Part shown: piece by piece, positions 42,448 through 57,144 of the stretch
How positions within the stretch are numbered: the stretch's first letter is position 1
How the letters are laid out: each line of letters opens with the position of its first letter
DNA from: the human T2T-CHM13v2.0 reference genome, Homo sapiens
Strand: one strand, 5' to 3'
NCBI RefSeq assembly: GCF_009914755.1
Contig: NC_060940.1
Length of the DNA: 64,000 nt
Made by a program: the position numbers and the translations under genes
The notes under the pieces: generated by a model
Seen by the model: only the letters and a program-made list of their open reading frames with translations
What the model was told of the DNA's origin: nothing
The model's database searches: none

Positions 42448-42777
<330 letters not shown>

Positions 42778-43889
42778 TAAGAACGCTTTTCCCCTCCCGC
42801 AGCCACACTTAATTTCTGTTAATGTCGACCTCTGGCCACACTCAGCCCTGTCAGCCTCGGGTGATGCACCGGAGGTCCCTGAAGGCAGCATGTATGGCCA
42901 GGAGTGGCTCGCCCTGCCAGTCCCCCTGCTGCCACCCAGAGCTCTGGCTGACCCTAGCAGCACAGGCCCCCGCTGAGTGGGTCTCCACCTCTGGGGACTG
43001 GACCCTGCACTGTGGGGAGGGCAGGGCTTCCTGGGCAGCCCCCGAGTTTTCTTGCAAGAAACCTGACACCCCTGCTCCTGAGAGGGCTCCAGTTCCTGCC
43101 GAGCAGAGCAGGACTCTCTGCAGCGACCTCGGCTTGGCAAGACCCCCCGTGGTTCACCTGAAGCATGTTTCTTCCCCGAGAAGCCGCAGGACCTCTTGTG
43201 AGGGGCCAGGTCGTGAGTCCACACACGTCTGCTTCTCACTAAGCTTTGAGTCATGTGTGGGGCAGGGACCTCCCAAATTCCAGTTTCTATGCTGGGTGAG
43301 GCCGAGAAGCAATGGAAGGGAAGGGTGGTGGGGAGGCAGCAGGCCTGGCGACCAGGGCACAGGGGCCCCACCCTGCTCTCCGAATCTGGCTGCCTTGGAC
43401 AAGCCTCCTTGGTCTCTGGCCTCAGTTTCCCCATTAGTAATTGGTGACATCAAAGTCCTCTTGTGGGCCAAAGATATGCCACAGCTGCATAAAACAAAAC
43501 AGAAGAGAGAGTAGAGGTGAAGGTTTTGTGTGCGAAATTGAAACAGAGTCACTTGAAATGGATAATTTCAGAGTAAAAACTAAGTATTTCTAATTAGGTT
43601 GATTGCAGATGTTGGTGCACAGGAAATTCTATGCCTTCGCGTCTAGATTTCTGTGGGGCAATTTGACAGAGTTTATCTCCTGGATTGGCTCAGGGCACTG
43701 CACCCTCTTGATTTCGTTCCCCTCTGGTGGCACGTGTCTCCGAGCACCGGTAATGACTGAGAGCCGCAGGGCCGACCCTCTTTGCAGAGCTCTGGGAGCT
43801 GCGGGAGGGTTGGGCAGCAGCAGGGTTATGTTGGGTTCAGAATCTGGCGTGAGAGCCTGGCAGTCTCCACCCTCATTCCTCACTGCCGT

Positions 43890-44191
43890 TTTCTTTTCTT
43901 TTTTTTTTTTTGAGACAGAGGCTCACTGGATCGCCCAGGCTGGAGTGTAATGCACAATTTTGGCTCACTGCAACGGGGCTGTCAGGTTCAAGTGATTGTC
44001 CTGCCTCAGCCTCCCTAGTAGCTGGGATTAGAGGCACCCTCCACCATGCCTGGCTAATTTGTGTATTTTTAGTAGAGACAGGGTTTCACCATGTTGGTCA
44101 GGCTGGTGTTGAACTCCTCACCTCAGGTAATCCGCCTGCCTTGGCCTCCCAAAGTGCTGGGATCACAGGCGTAAGCCACTGTGCCCAGCCC
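43890..44191 (-). mobile_element. Alu
   Basis: Reverse Alu flanked by similar tcactgcc(g/a)ttttc sequences. Confidence 0.9.
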
Positions 44192-46409
44192 TTCACTGCC
44201 ATTTTCAAGGCTGCTGGTTGCATTAGGGACCTGTCCCTGAGAGGCTGGGGAACCCCCACGTTGCCCCCGGTGCTTTGCTGGGTGACAGCATGGATGGCGG
44301 AGAGCTGCAGCCGGAGTCTGGTGAGATGAGCAGAGCGGCCAGTCTTGTTACCACACTTCTCTGAGTGTTGCTCTCCTGACCAGACGTCCATCTGCGGCTG
44401 CCCTGTGGACCTGGGGAGTGGGCGAGCAGTCAGCTCTGTCTGCGGAGTCTTCCTCCGTCTGCCAGGGCTGTGTGTGCCCTGGCTCGGCGCTGTCTGCCAT
44501 GTGCTCCCGTGGCCAGGGTCGCCCTCTCCTCTGTGGTTTGGCAACTGTCCTGCCCGGCCTACGTCCTGTGGCTCCGGCTGAAGCCTGGGACCTCTGGAGA
44601 TGGGTGGCTCAGCCCAGCCTGCTGGGCCCACTCAATGCCAGCTTGGGCCCGGCCACAAGTAGGTCAGATGCCAATTCAGTGAGACGCGGGGAAGATGAGG
44701 GAAATGACTTGTCAATAAAACAGTCTTAATTATGGCTGTTTTAGAAAAAAACCACCACGAACCTTCCTGAGATCAAGCGCAGCCTGTGCTGGTTGTGTAA
44801 GCCGTGGAACGTATGAGAAAGCCAGGAAGAAGAGCACCCCCACGCCCAGCCCGCAGCATCTCACTGGCTTCCTGGCCGCCTCTCCTCATCCCAGTCGTAG
44901 AGGCGTGAGCGGGCCGGGGCATCTTTCCTTCCTCGTGTCATGGGGGCTTGGGCAGGCGCCGCTGATGGCCTTACGGGCAGCACAGGGGCCCTGCCTAGGT
45001 TGGCCCAGACGCTGTTCTAAACCTCCCCGAGGTGACCTTGCTGCCTTTGTCTCCGTGAGCCTCGGAGTATATCCTGAATTTTGTATGATTTTGTGTTTCC
45101 CATTTTCCCATGTTCCATATTTTTTTGTTGTTTCTGCATCAGGGTGGAGGCTGATCCACATCCCCAACACCAGCAGTGAGCTGCCGAGGCCCTCGCGCCT
45201 GGGCTGGGCACTGTCTGGGCCTGGGCTGGCACCACGAGTAGCCCCCGCACACATTAGGCCGATCTGGAACATGTGGGCTCACCCGAGCTGGGAGCACCAA
45301 GACCCTGCCTACATGCTTGGAAGCGAGTCAGGCCACAGCGAGACCCGAACCCTGGTGGGATTTGGGGGTCCTGGTTTAAGACCCTGGCACTTCCTATGGA
45401 TGTGGAAATCTCTCATTGAAAGCTTCAAAGAGAGCAGTGGTGAGAGCAGCACCTCCACACGCCACTGCCTCCCCGCCCTGGTGCGGATGTCCCTGACCTT
45501 CCGCTCTGCCCAGACAGGGCCTGTTTCTCGAGGAAACCCACCAGTTAGAAGGAACCCATGGGAAGAAACGGCCGGAGAGCTGTGAGGCCAGCCACAGAAG
45601 AGCCAGTTTTGGAATTTCCCACCAAGGGTTCAGCCTACTGCTCGCCCTTCAGCCTCTGGTGCCCGGCGGCTCAGCTGGGTTCTAGGGCCACGCAGGGCTC
45701 TGCAGTGTCACTCCGGGAGAGGGCTGTGGGGGCAGCTGCAGGCCCGGCGCGCCGAGTCCACGCAGCCTGGGTAGGTCCTGCATGGGCCCAGAGGTCGTGG
45801 GGCTCAGAGAATTGAACCACGTGGGAGGAGTGTACTGTGGCGGGGGCCCCATAGGAAGCCCACTGTCCTGGAGGCACTGGGGCGGCGGGGGTGTGGAGCG
45901 GCTGGCAGGTTCTTGGTAGACGCAGCTGGGGTTCTCTGCTCCTCTGCCCTGCAGCCTTGGCTCCCAGCGAGGTTGGCAACAAGCATCTGGACTCCTGGAA
46001 GTCTTCCAGAGGCTGCTCCTTTCAAATCTCTTCCTAACTGGATGCACGTGGGGTCCCCCGCGGTGCCTCAGCCTCCCCTGCCTTTGATGGCTGGGTATTT
46101 TGCACCCAGGCTGCTGGCCCCTGAGCACAGGGATGGGCTGGAGCCACAGGCTGCAGGGAAAGCGCATCAGGAAGGTTCCTGGGGCGTGCGGTTCCCACAC
46201 AGGTGCGTCCGGGGGCTTCCTGGTCCCTCTGTCGGGAGCCTGAGCTCCAGGGACTGAGACGAGCTGGGCAGAGCCTAGCCACTGTGGCCAGAGCTCTCAC
46301 TGCCAGCAGGATCTCTCTTCAGGCACCCTGGAAAGGTGCCATGGCTCCGGCTGGTAAACTTGGCCTTGCAAAGCTCCACGTCCCTGTGTCTGGATGTGCC
46401 CAGCCCTGC

Positions 46410-47555
46410 TGATACGGTGTCTTTAGGGTGTCGCTTTTCTGGCCAGAAACGTCTCTGGCCGGCAGCACCTTTGTCCAAGTTCCTGTTCTGCGTCCAGGAA
46501 GAATGAGGTAGCAGACAAGTGGAGGGTGAGCATGACGAAGAGAAGCTTTACCAAGTGTTGGGACAGTGCAGAGGAGACTGTGGGGGCAGCTCCTCTCTGT
46601 AGGCAGGTCGGCTCATTCAGTTGGCAGCTCTCAGCAGAGAAGCGGCCCCGGACTGGCTGGCTCCTCTCCATTGACTTCCCAGCTCTCAGCAGAGAGGGTA
46701 GCTTCCCTCTGCAGCTGGTCTTCCACTTGCCAATTGTCTCTGTCCTCTTTGTCCTCTGCCCTGCTCTGGCTGAGCCCAGGGCTCTTATGGACCCAGAGGG
46801 AAGGAAGTGCATACTAATTGGTTCATGGGCAGGCCCGGAAAACGCACCACAAGTCCCCACTTTGGTCCCCGGGACTGGCAGCCCGGCCCCAGCCTTCATG
46901 CCCTCCCTGGCCTGAAGGTGGGGCCTTACCGGGGACCTACCCCCTTTTTCCCAGGAATCTATCTGCCTCCTGCTGCCATACATGGCGCCTGGGCTCGGCC
47001 CCAACTTTGCTCCAAGATCGGAGCAGGCACCAACAATAGGAGTAAGCCAGGCAGTGAGAGCAGGCACTTCTGAGCCTGCAAGGGCCCGGCAGAGGGGCCT
47101 TTCTGGGCCCCCAAGAGTGCAGGGATGCCTGAGGCTGTGGTTTGGGCAGCTGCAGTTGTGGGCCTGCCTGCTCCGTGGAGCGGGAAGCCCGGGTCTGCAG
47201 CCATAGTTTGGGTGGGGCGAACCCCAGGGCTGCAGCCCCAGGCAGCCCCACGCAGATCCTCCTCCCGAGGCCCGGGAACCTGACATCTTCAGTGGGGTGG
47301 GTGTGATGGCTGTGCCACTGGCTGGGTCCTCACCGCTGGTGCCACTCTCACTACCCACCCCAGGCCCCCGAAGCACAGCCCCAGCTCTGCATCGGGGCCC
47401 CTCTCCACCCAACCATGCTGCTCTCCTGCCATGCTGAGGGCAGTGGGCTATGGTGTGGGGAGTGGGGTCTGTTCGCCTCCTCCCTGTTCCCTCCCTGCAG
47501 CGGCAGGTATCACGTGATGGCAGCAGCTGCACCAGTTGGCCTGCTGCTGGCATCA
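46410..47555 (-). mobile_element. MER52-type ERV1 solo LTR in KCTD5 intron 1
   Basis: TG..CA ends; gggtgtcgcttttctggcc..gaaac..tccaggaagaatgaggta..agacaagtggagggtgagc matches MER52 as recalled; 4-bp flanks CTGC/CCGC. Confidence 0.8.
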
Positions 47556-50149
47556 CCGCACTGGGCCAGCTGTGGCCAGACTGAGGTCAGGAGTTCCTTC
47601 AAAGCATCAGCCACAAAAGCTGCCTCCTAAAGGGGGTGTTTAATGGAAAAGCCAGCCCCGCCCAGTGGTAGGAGTGGCCAAGACACGGCAGCGGCCTACC
47701 CCTGCCTGCCCGTCTTGAGGCCGAGCCCAGTGCCAGCACGCTCAGTGCCCTGCCGGCTCCTTGGACCTGTCTGTGTTCCTCTGTCCTGCTGTGCAGTTTC
47801 CGCCGATGGCCGTCCCCACCCTGCCCTCCTTCCCTCCTGCCTTCATCCTTCCAGTTGCAGGGCTGGGGTTGCCTCGTGTGTCTGGGGGCGCCCAGCACGC
47901 TTCCTTCTCCTCTTGCACCGGCCCAGGGCCTGAGAAGCACATGGTGGGTTGTCTTGGCCTAGAGGTCACGGCTCAGTGCCCAGGTCCTGCCACAGGTTGG
48001 GTGCCCTGGCACTCATGGCGGCCCCGAGCTACACGAGCTGGTCTCCCCCACCTTTTGCTCGTAAAGAAACTGAGGCTTGGGGTGGCCTGGCTGTGAGCCT
48101 GCAGTCTGACCACTGAGGCCAGGCCTGGAGGCCTCCATGGCTGACAAAGGGGGTCTCTGGGGTTGTCCTGGGCAGAGGCGAGCCTCCGCCCTATCTGATC
48201 TTTCCTGACCTCCTGCCAGCGGTCTGTCGAGGTAGCAGTGAGCCATGAATAATTCCTGAGCTGAGCGGTGTGCGGACGTCACGCGGCCAGCATTCTCTCT
48301 GTATGGGGGTGGGGCAGGGAGGAACCCTGGACTCGGGTGGCAGCACTGGCCGCCTTGCCAGACTTGGGCCCCTTTGTGGGAAATGGTGTCCATTTTTTAG
48401 CAGTTGCGCAGGACCGCCCAGCGTCCTCTTCCCGGGAGCTGGCCCTGTGGCCCCGGCCCTTGCTTGAGAGCTGTGGAGTCTGGAGGGCTGGGGAAAGGCA
48501 GGGCCAAGCCCAGGAGGCAGGGCCTGTGGGGTGGGCAGCTCTGGCTGGAGTGTTCCGGGGGAGGGTGGGGAAGGAGGATAGGGTCAGGTCTGTGTGGAGC
48601 TGGGGTCACCCTAAGGAGTAGGGGGGCCGCCGAGGCTCCGGGTCCAGCGCCCCCATGCCCGGAGCCCTAATTGATTTTATCTCAGCCACAAAACTCAGTC
48701 CCTGTGATCTAAAAAGAGCAGGTTGTTGCAGGTTTGCGGTGGTGGACTTTGGGAAAATCTCTTGAGACCACTAGGTCTTAGCACCCAAATGGCAGAATTT
48801 GTCCATGGATGAAAATAGGGTCCTAGCGTGGCCCCGTGCTTTGTGGTGGAGACACCTTCGGCCTCCCCATATCTGCGAGCCTGGCATTCCCGTGGCCAGC
48901 GCCTGCCCATGGCCCCACAGGAGCCACCATCTGGTGAGGGGGCTGCTCCTGCTCCGAATGGGGTGTGGGGTTGCTTCTCCAGCGCTTGGCCCTGGGCCTC
49001 GCCGGGGAGGCTGCCGGTGTTTCTGAACGGAGGCCTCAGCTCCCCGGCCTCCAGGGCACCCGCAGGCACCAGCCCCTGTGGGAGTGGCTCGCAGGTGGGA
49101 GCAGGACCCTTGCAGGCATGTGGGGGGAGGCAGGAGCTGCCCCAGCAGAGCCACACGGAAGGTCTGAGTCTGTGTAGAAGACAGGCTGTGCCAGCTTCGC
49201 AGTCCCCCCATCAGATGTGTAGCCGACAAGACAGAAACTGCCTCTTCCGTCTCCCCCATGGGGGCTGCCTGGGGCGTCTGAGCCCCCGTCCTGTGTTCAC
49301 GGCCGGGCCACTGGGCCTCTTGTGCTTTGTGGAAGGGGCTGCAAGGTGTGATGTGTGGGGCACCCCGGGCCTCAGAGGGCATCTGCCCACATTGAAGTGG
49401 CCGTGGTAGCAGCAGGGGCAGTGCCTCTCAGGGGTCCCTCCACCCAGGTGCGTGAGGACACCTTCCGAGGGGTCTGTTTTGTAAACATCTCGGCCTCCGT
49501 GAGCGCTGAGCCGGGGCGAGGGCTCTGTGAGGTGAGTGATGATCTTGGGGAAAGCCCCGGATGCTGTTGAGTGCAGGTCACTGTGGCCTCCCTCGCTGCT
49601 GGCTCCCGGCCTGTTGGGCAGCCGCCCCTGCTGAAAGGTGCCCTCTCCACCCCTGGCAGGAAGCCCCTGTCACCCTGACCCCCCGTTCCTGCATGTAGGC
49701 TGCGGAGGACCCGGGCACGAGGAGCGCAGGCCCAGGCTGGTGGCCATCAGAGGTGTCCTTCTGAGGCTGAGCCCTAGGCCCCTGCCCTGCCCGCGAGGGC
49801 ATCTCTGGGTGAGGTTTTCGTGTGTGTTTTCCTAGAGGTCTTGCAGTTGTGAGGACAGAGGTCCAGGGCACAGTGGGCTCACCTTGGAGTACGCAGAGCC
49901 AGGCTGCCTCCGTACGGAGAGACTTAAACTCACTTAGACCTGGGGTGGTGGCTGGTCAGGGTTAGGCTGTAGGCGGCAGGACGTGGCCACACCGTCAGGG
50001 GTTTCCTGAGATGCCGCAGGCTCAGGTGTGCTGGGGAGAGGCCTGGGTAACCTGGTGCCTCTGAAGCCTCCTGAGGTGGCCGGGCCTTGGTGGACCTGCA
50101 GGAACCTTCGGCTTCTCACGGAGGACTCACCGTGCTCTGCTCTCTTTAG

Positions 50150-50258
50150 GATGAAACAGGCGCCTATTTAATCGACAGAGACCCCACCTACTTTGGGCCT
50201 GTGCTGAACTACCTGAGACACGGCAAGCTGGTGATTAACAAAGACCTCGCGGAGGAAG
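50150..50258 (+). CDS. KCTD5: KCTD5 exon 2
   Basis: ttag|[36 protein letters not shown]|gtaag, 109 nt. Confidence 0.97.
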
Positions 50259-52120
50259 GTAAGCCGAGTTTTGGGCACAGGTGCCTTAGCTTTGGGGGCA
50301 AGGGCCCGACAAAGGTGCCAAGGGCTCCACTTAAGACACAGATGCCTGCAGCCTGGGGCCCCAGGGAGGAGCAGGCCCTGTACTCTGAAGCTGGGGCCGA
50401 CGTTCTGGTGCTGAGGCCACGGGCAGCGGCGCAGCTGCCGGACAGGGAGGCCTGGGGACCCTGTGGGTGTGGGGTCCTCCCTGGCTGCAGCTCCTTGGAG
50501 GGCTCCCTCTGTCCAGGCTCCGGCTGGCGACACAAGGGGTGTGAGGGGTTCCTCCCTGCTGTGACTGAGGTGGTCTGAGCGGGTGTGTGAGGCACATGCC
50601 CGGTGATGCCCACGGCGTGCTTCAGGGCCTGGTTCCCTGGCCTGCTCTCCCTCAAGGACAGCCCAAGGGTGGTGAATGTCTCTGTGCCATCACCTGGACT
50701 GTGCCTGCTGCTGCCAGCTGCCGTGTTCCATTCTGAGTGATCGTGGTGCAGGGACGGCGCCCACACGCGTTGGGCCCAGGCTGGCCTGCCTGTGTGCTGC
50801 GGTGCTGGCTTGGCTCAGAACAGCTCGAGGCCTCGCCGTGAAGGCTGAGGGTTTCTGGGCACCTGCGTGCGGGCATGGCCCTGCTCCCCCGGGTCCGTGT
50901 CTGCGCATCGGTCTGCACTGGGCAGCGTCTGACTCCGTTTCTGTTCTGGGCCTCTGGGCCTCGGCATCTGCCTGCCTCCTCCGAGTTCACGCGGGGCGTG
51001 GAGTGACGGGGGCTGTGGCCCAGCCCTGCCCCTGCTCTGAGGCTGTGAGCCATGATCCCCACTCCTGTCTCTTTGGCAGGGAATGTCTTTCACATGTACT
51101 CTCTCTGGTCGCTTGGGCAGCCGCTTGTGTTGTCGTGGAGCCGCTCGAGTCGAGGCTTCGCTTTATCTCATTCTGCCCCTAGTGGGATTGGCTCAGAAAC
51201 GGGCGCTAGACACAGACCAAGGCCCTGCCGCCCAGGCTCACCGGTCTGCCTCTATCCCGCCCCAATGCAGCCACTCACGCCCTGGGTGCTGGAGAAGGGG
51301 GCTGTGCGGGACGCATGCGGGGCCGGGAAGCCTGTGTCTCTGAGGCCCTCGTCTCCTTGTCTCTATCCTGCGTGGCCCTGTCCCATGTAGGTGGCTGGGT
51401 GTTGTCCTGAGCTGCCATGTGCCATATGTGGGTTCCTCTGGGGTCCTGGAGGAATGAAGACCACCCATGAGGAAGCCCTGAGGCAGGACCTGTGGAATCT
51501 GCTCTTAAGGCTCTTAAGGGAGGTTTGCAGTCCCTAAGTGCGGCACATTACGGATGGCAGTCTTTGGGAAGAGCTGGAAGTGACCCTCTCAGCCAGCCAC
51601 AGTCTTCCCTTTGAATGGGGTCAACTGAGGTGCCAGGTGACTGAGACATATGCACAAGGCCGCAGGCCTGAGCCCCACACAGCACCCCACCCAGTGGCGT
51701 GGCCATGAGCAGGTTCCCAGCAGGAAGCGTCGGCCTCCAGGCTTGGAGGGAAAATGCCAGATCCAACCCCCAGCATACCATGGCCTCGGCGTAGACATAC
51801 GCTGAGCTGCATGTAAGCAGCGGCTCCATGCCTGGCGGGTCACTGGAGGTCACTCAAGGTTACCTGGGGTGACCTGAGCTGGAGGTGTTCAGTCCACACA
51901 TCGGCCCTCTCACCACGGCCCCTCCGCCCATTATCCCAGGAGCCCTGCTGGGCTGACACGTCTGCAGGAAGCCTGTTAGGTCGGGGCCTGAGCAGCTCCC
52001 GCTGGGCCGAGCCATGGGCCCTCATTGCAGGGGCAGGGGCAAGGGCAGGGGTGGGTGTAAAGCGTGGATTTTTTGGTTTAGTTTGGTCTGGTAAAGACAA
52101 TTTATTTTTCCTTATTCCAG

Positions 52121-52212
52121 GAGTGTTGGAGGAAGCAGAATTTTACAATATCACCTCATTAATAAAACTTGTAAAGGACAAAATTAGAGAACGAGACAGC
52201 AAAACATCGCAG
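52121..52212 (+). CDS. KCTD5: KCTD5 exon 3
   Basis: ccag|GVLEEAEFYNITSLIKLVKDKIRERDSKTSQ|gtgag, 92 nt. Confidence 0.97.
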
Positions 52213-53930
52213 GTGAGACAAATGACTGAGGCTGGAAGCTTGTATGGCTGGTGTGAAGGAAGGGCTCCCCTTTACTTCCCCGACCGGCTGCCTCCCAAAT
52301 AAGTCCTGCGGTCTGGGGCTCTCCTACCCTGAGACCCTTGTCCTCTGTCACTGCCCCAGTGCCTGCCAGCTCCGTCTACCCGGCTCTCCCCAGGGTCCCT
52401 TGAAGGATCCATTCATCCTGCCCGGCCCAGACTCTGGGAGCCCCCAAAGGATGGCTCTGAGGAAGTTGGGCACGGGAGACGTGTGTAGGGAAGGAGGGCC
52501 CCATGAGGGCCGGTCGGGGAGACCCTGAGGTGGATGGCATCTGGTAGGGAGCAGAGGGTGCCAAGGGCCTGCAGCCAGCATGGCTGGAGGGAGACAGCAG
52601 ATGGGTCGTGTGGGTCTGCGCAGGCGCCAGAAGGACCTTGGTTTTATTGGGAAGAGGGGCGGCTCGCCACAGACACACCTCTCACAGCTGGCACGGCCCT
52701 TCTGCAGCCAGGGGAGCCCAGGTTGTTGGTGGGCTCTGCCCAGTACCTCCTGTGGAGGGGCCACTGCTGGGCCTTGGGCATCAGTCCCGTCCCTGAGAGC
52801 TGAGCCCGCCCCCCCCACCCAAGCTCAGCTCCCTTGAGAAGGCACCAGGAGTGGGGTGTGTGCCGCACTGTGGCCGCGGCTGCCATCAGAAGTCTCGGTC
52901 CACGTAGAGCCCCGGGCCCTGTGCAGACGCTCCTAGCCTGGCCGCTCAGGGCCGCTGGCCACCTAGCGACTTGCCCAGTTCCCCCTCCTGCTGGAGCTCC
53001 CTTGGTGCCACTGAGGGATCTGGAGGGGCTCCTTGTCTGTGGGGCAGGAGCTGCGTCCCGCGCCCCGGGTCACCTTGTCCAGTCTGCTTTTTTCCCTGTT
53101 GTGTGACCGGGCTGTGTGGGCACTCCCTGCCTCAGTCTACCTACCTGTATGACGCAGGTGGGCAGGAAATGGTGCAGGTGGGAGAGTCTGCGGTCCAGCC
53201 TTGCTGTGACACAGTAGCATCTCACTGTCTTGCAGAATAAAGCAACTCGGGCATGTGACCTCGAGGCCACTGTGTGCCTTTGTCACTCAGGCATCCCTGG
53301 CATGAGTCACCACCTTAAGGTCAGGGACCCAGGACCTCTGAACCCCTTCTCACTGCTGCGTTTCCGTCCAGCCCCGTCTGCAGCCTGAGTCCTCCGTAGT
53401 GACTGTCCGGGATGTGGGGCCACCCCGCCCACTGGGGAGCAGCTCCATGCAGGCGGGCGGCCCTGGTGGCTCACCATCACTCCCAGGACCACAGCTGCCT
53501 GGAGGGGCACAGCAAGCGTGCCAGGCAGGTGGGGGATTAGGAGGTGGATGGAGTTTTAGGAAGCAGCTCAGCCTTCGGGAGGCCCAAGTCCAGGCTGCCG
53601 CGCAAGTTCAAGAGCCTTTTTCTGGTAGCTGGGAGCGAGCTTCGTCTGGCACTGGCTCTCAGGGCCCTGCTTGCCAGAGCCTTTCCCGACCGATGAATTC
53701 AGGGCTGCACGGTTGCTGCGTGCGGAGCAGACGTGGACGCTCTTGTGTCGTCATGTCGAGCCACAGGTGCTCTTGGGATTTCAGGAACATGACTCATTTT
53801 ATTTTGGAACTTAGAAATAGAAATATTTTTGGAGGCGAACGAGGAAGCAGAAAACAGCAGCTGTTCGGGCCGCGTGTTTTGCTTTTGTGGATGTGCTCAG
53901 GATTGCTTTGGGCCTCGTGCCCTGTGCTGA

Positions 53931-54812
<882 letters not shown>

Positions 54813-56568
54813 TGAGGGTGGGGACAGTGACGTCACCCAGCCCTCCCTGTCCTGAGAGTTTCCTCTGTCACTTGCTTCTGTCTGGGGCAGGTTCTGTCCA
54901 TGGCCCAGTGCGCCTGCCAGGTTGTGGGAGTGACAGGCTCAGCCAGTGTCCCTCTGAATGAAAGCTACCTTTTCCTTGGAGTCTTTCAAAATAATAGATC
55001 ACATTGTAGGGTACTTGGAGCCCCCCCCCCTTAAAATGTCACTAAAAACATTTGTGTCCCACCGTCCACCCTGGACCCCTAGGCCAGGGGCCGGGGTGAC
55101 TCTGGGTCTCTGTGCTGACAGGGCTGCTGACCAGCTGCTTGGTCCCTGCCCTGCACCTCATCAGAATCGTGCCAGAGCCTCCCACGGGAACAGAAATCTT
55201 TGCTGCTGGGCGAGCCCCACCTCCCAGTTGTCCCTTGGTGGGGCTGGGGCCCTGGGAAGCCGTGTCAGCAGCTCGGGGTCCGCGAACAGGGCTGTCCCCA
55301 TGTGGCACCTGTGCTCTTCTGCCACCGTCTTGTGACTTCTGGCTGGGAGGGAACAATGTCTCCTGCCCGTGGTGGGCACCTGCCTCCTGGGGCAGCTTCA
55401 GGTCTTCGACCTTAGCACTTCTGGGTGGATTCCAAACCCATTGCAAAGAACGGGTGTCCTCCCCCTTCCTTGATTACGACCTGCTTGGCACGCTTCATCC
55501 CTTGGGGACCCCTTCTCCCAGTTCATGTAGGGAAGCCGCTGGGCTGACCAGCTGTCCCGGCTGTGGGGTGGGACCCTGCGGGGTGCTGGGAGGTGGCCAG
55601 ACCGGACCCAGGGTCCCCAGTGGTCAGCAGGGGATTGCAAGCAGGGCTTGGAAGTGGCTGTGAGGACACAGGGGCTCCGGGGGGCATGGCCGTGAGTGCT
55701 CCCAGGGGTACCCTTAGCTGCTTGGGCCCATGCCGGCACCCCTGTGGCCGCCTCACTGGGCTGGGTCCACTGCTGCCCACTGGGTCAGCCGCCAGCTATA
55801 CAGGAGCAGCAGGTAGCTGCGGGCTGCTCTCCCGGCCGTTGGTCCAACTGCGCAGGTCTTAGAGAGGCCAAAGTGTGAGCCTCGTCCAGCTGCTTTTTGG
55901 CTTGGTCATCTGCTGCTGTCATGCTTATTGTGATTTGCGTATTGCCTTTTAATTTTCCCTTTAAAAGCACAGAAGTGCCTGGTGGCCCAGGGTAGCCAGC
56001 CATGGGCCAGATGCCTGGCCAGAGAGACAGGTTGGCCCTGGACCTGCATTGGCCTGGCCTGCCTGGTGACCCGGAGGGAGGCAGGTTGGAGTGGCCTAAG
56101 GGTGTGGCCAGCAGGCTGCAGCAGACCCGCCCTGGCCGAACTCCTGGACAGCACAGCTCCTCCAGCGGCTTTCGGTCCAGTCAGCTGGTCCCAGGCTCTT
56201 CCCTCCAGGTTTTCAGAGCCGCCCTCCACTCTCCTCCCGCTGCCCCCCTCCCTCCGCCCCAGCTCAGGGACCCGTCTGTGCTCCGTCCCCCTGGGGCAGC
56301 AGCCCCTTTTGGCCCAGCTGGAAGCGCCAAGGAAAGCTCAGGGTCCTCACAGAGGAAGAGCTCGCCCCGTGCCATGCCACGGCGTGGGGTGCCGCCCCGT
56401 GTGCTCGTGCAGGTGTTCCGGGGATTTGTTTTCCATCCATTTCCTGAAGCGTCGGCAGTCTTTGCTGTGGCTTTCGCGGTGGCAGGCGCGTCCTGAGGCT
56501 GGTCATGTCAGCCTGGCTGGGTCTCTCAGGCTTCACTGGGCTGCGTCTCAGGCTATGTCTCCTTGCAG

Positions 56569-56694
56569 TTGGTCAGCATCGGCTCCTCTTACAACTATGG
56601 GAACGAAGACCAAGCCGAGTTCCTCTGTGTGGTGTCCAAGGAGCTGCACAACACCCCGTACGGTACGGCCAGCGAGCCCAGCGAGAAGGCCAAG
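56569..56694 (+). CDS. KCTD5: KCTD5 exon 5
   Basis: gcag|[42 protein letters not shown]|gtgag, 126 nt. Confidence 0.97.
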
Positions 56695-57063
56695 GTGAGT
56701 GCTGGGCCGGCCCTGGCCTGGGGCAGTCTTGGGTGGGGAAGGCTCTTGCCCTCTCAGACCTTCCTCCTTTTCTGCCATTCTCATCAAGCTCCCGGTGTCC
56801 GCCCCTGGTGGCCTTGCTGACTTCTTGGACACACGGTCTCCCGTGGGACAGGTTCTCTCGACACAGGCTCCCAGTAAGCCCCTGCGGCCTCCCAGCCTGC
56901 ATGCAGAGCTGCTCCTGGAAGGGGCCCCAGGCCTGCTGCAGGGGCCATGCTCTTAGGAATGCCACTGAGGGCTGTGTCTCAGGGGACCCAGGGTCCTCTG
57001 TTCCCCGGGCCCAGCCTCTGCTGTGTGAGTGAGGACTTGGGATGCTGAGGCCTGGCTGTCATA

Positions 57064-57144
57064 GGGGTCTGGGCCATCCCTGAGTGCAGGGACATGGGGG
57101 TCCAGTTGTCGTGGTGGGGGTCTGGGCCATCCCTGAGTGCAGGG
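57064..57144. repeat. 28-bp direct repeat ggggtctgggccatccctgagtgcaggg x2
   Basis: Copies at 57064-57091 and 57117-57144. Confidence 0.85.
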
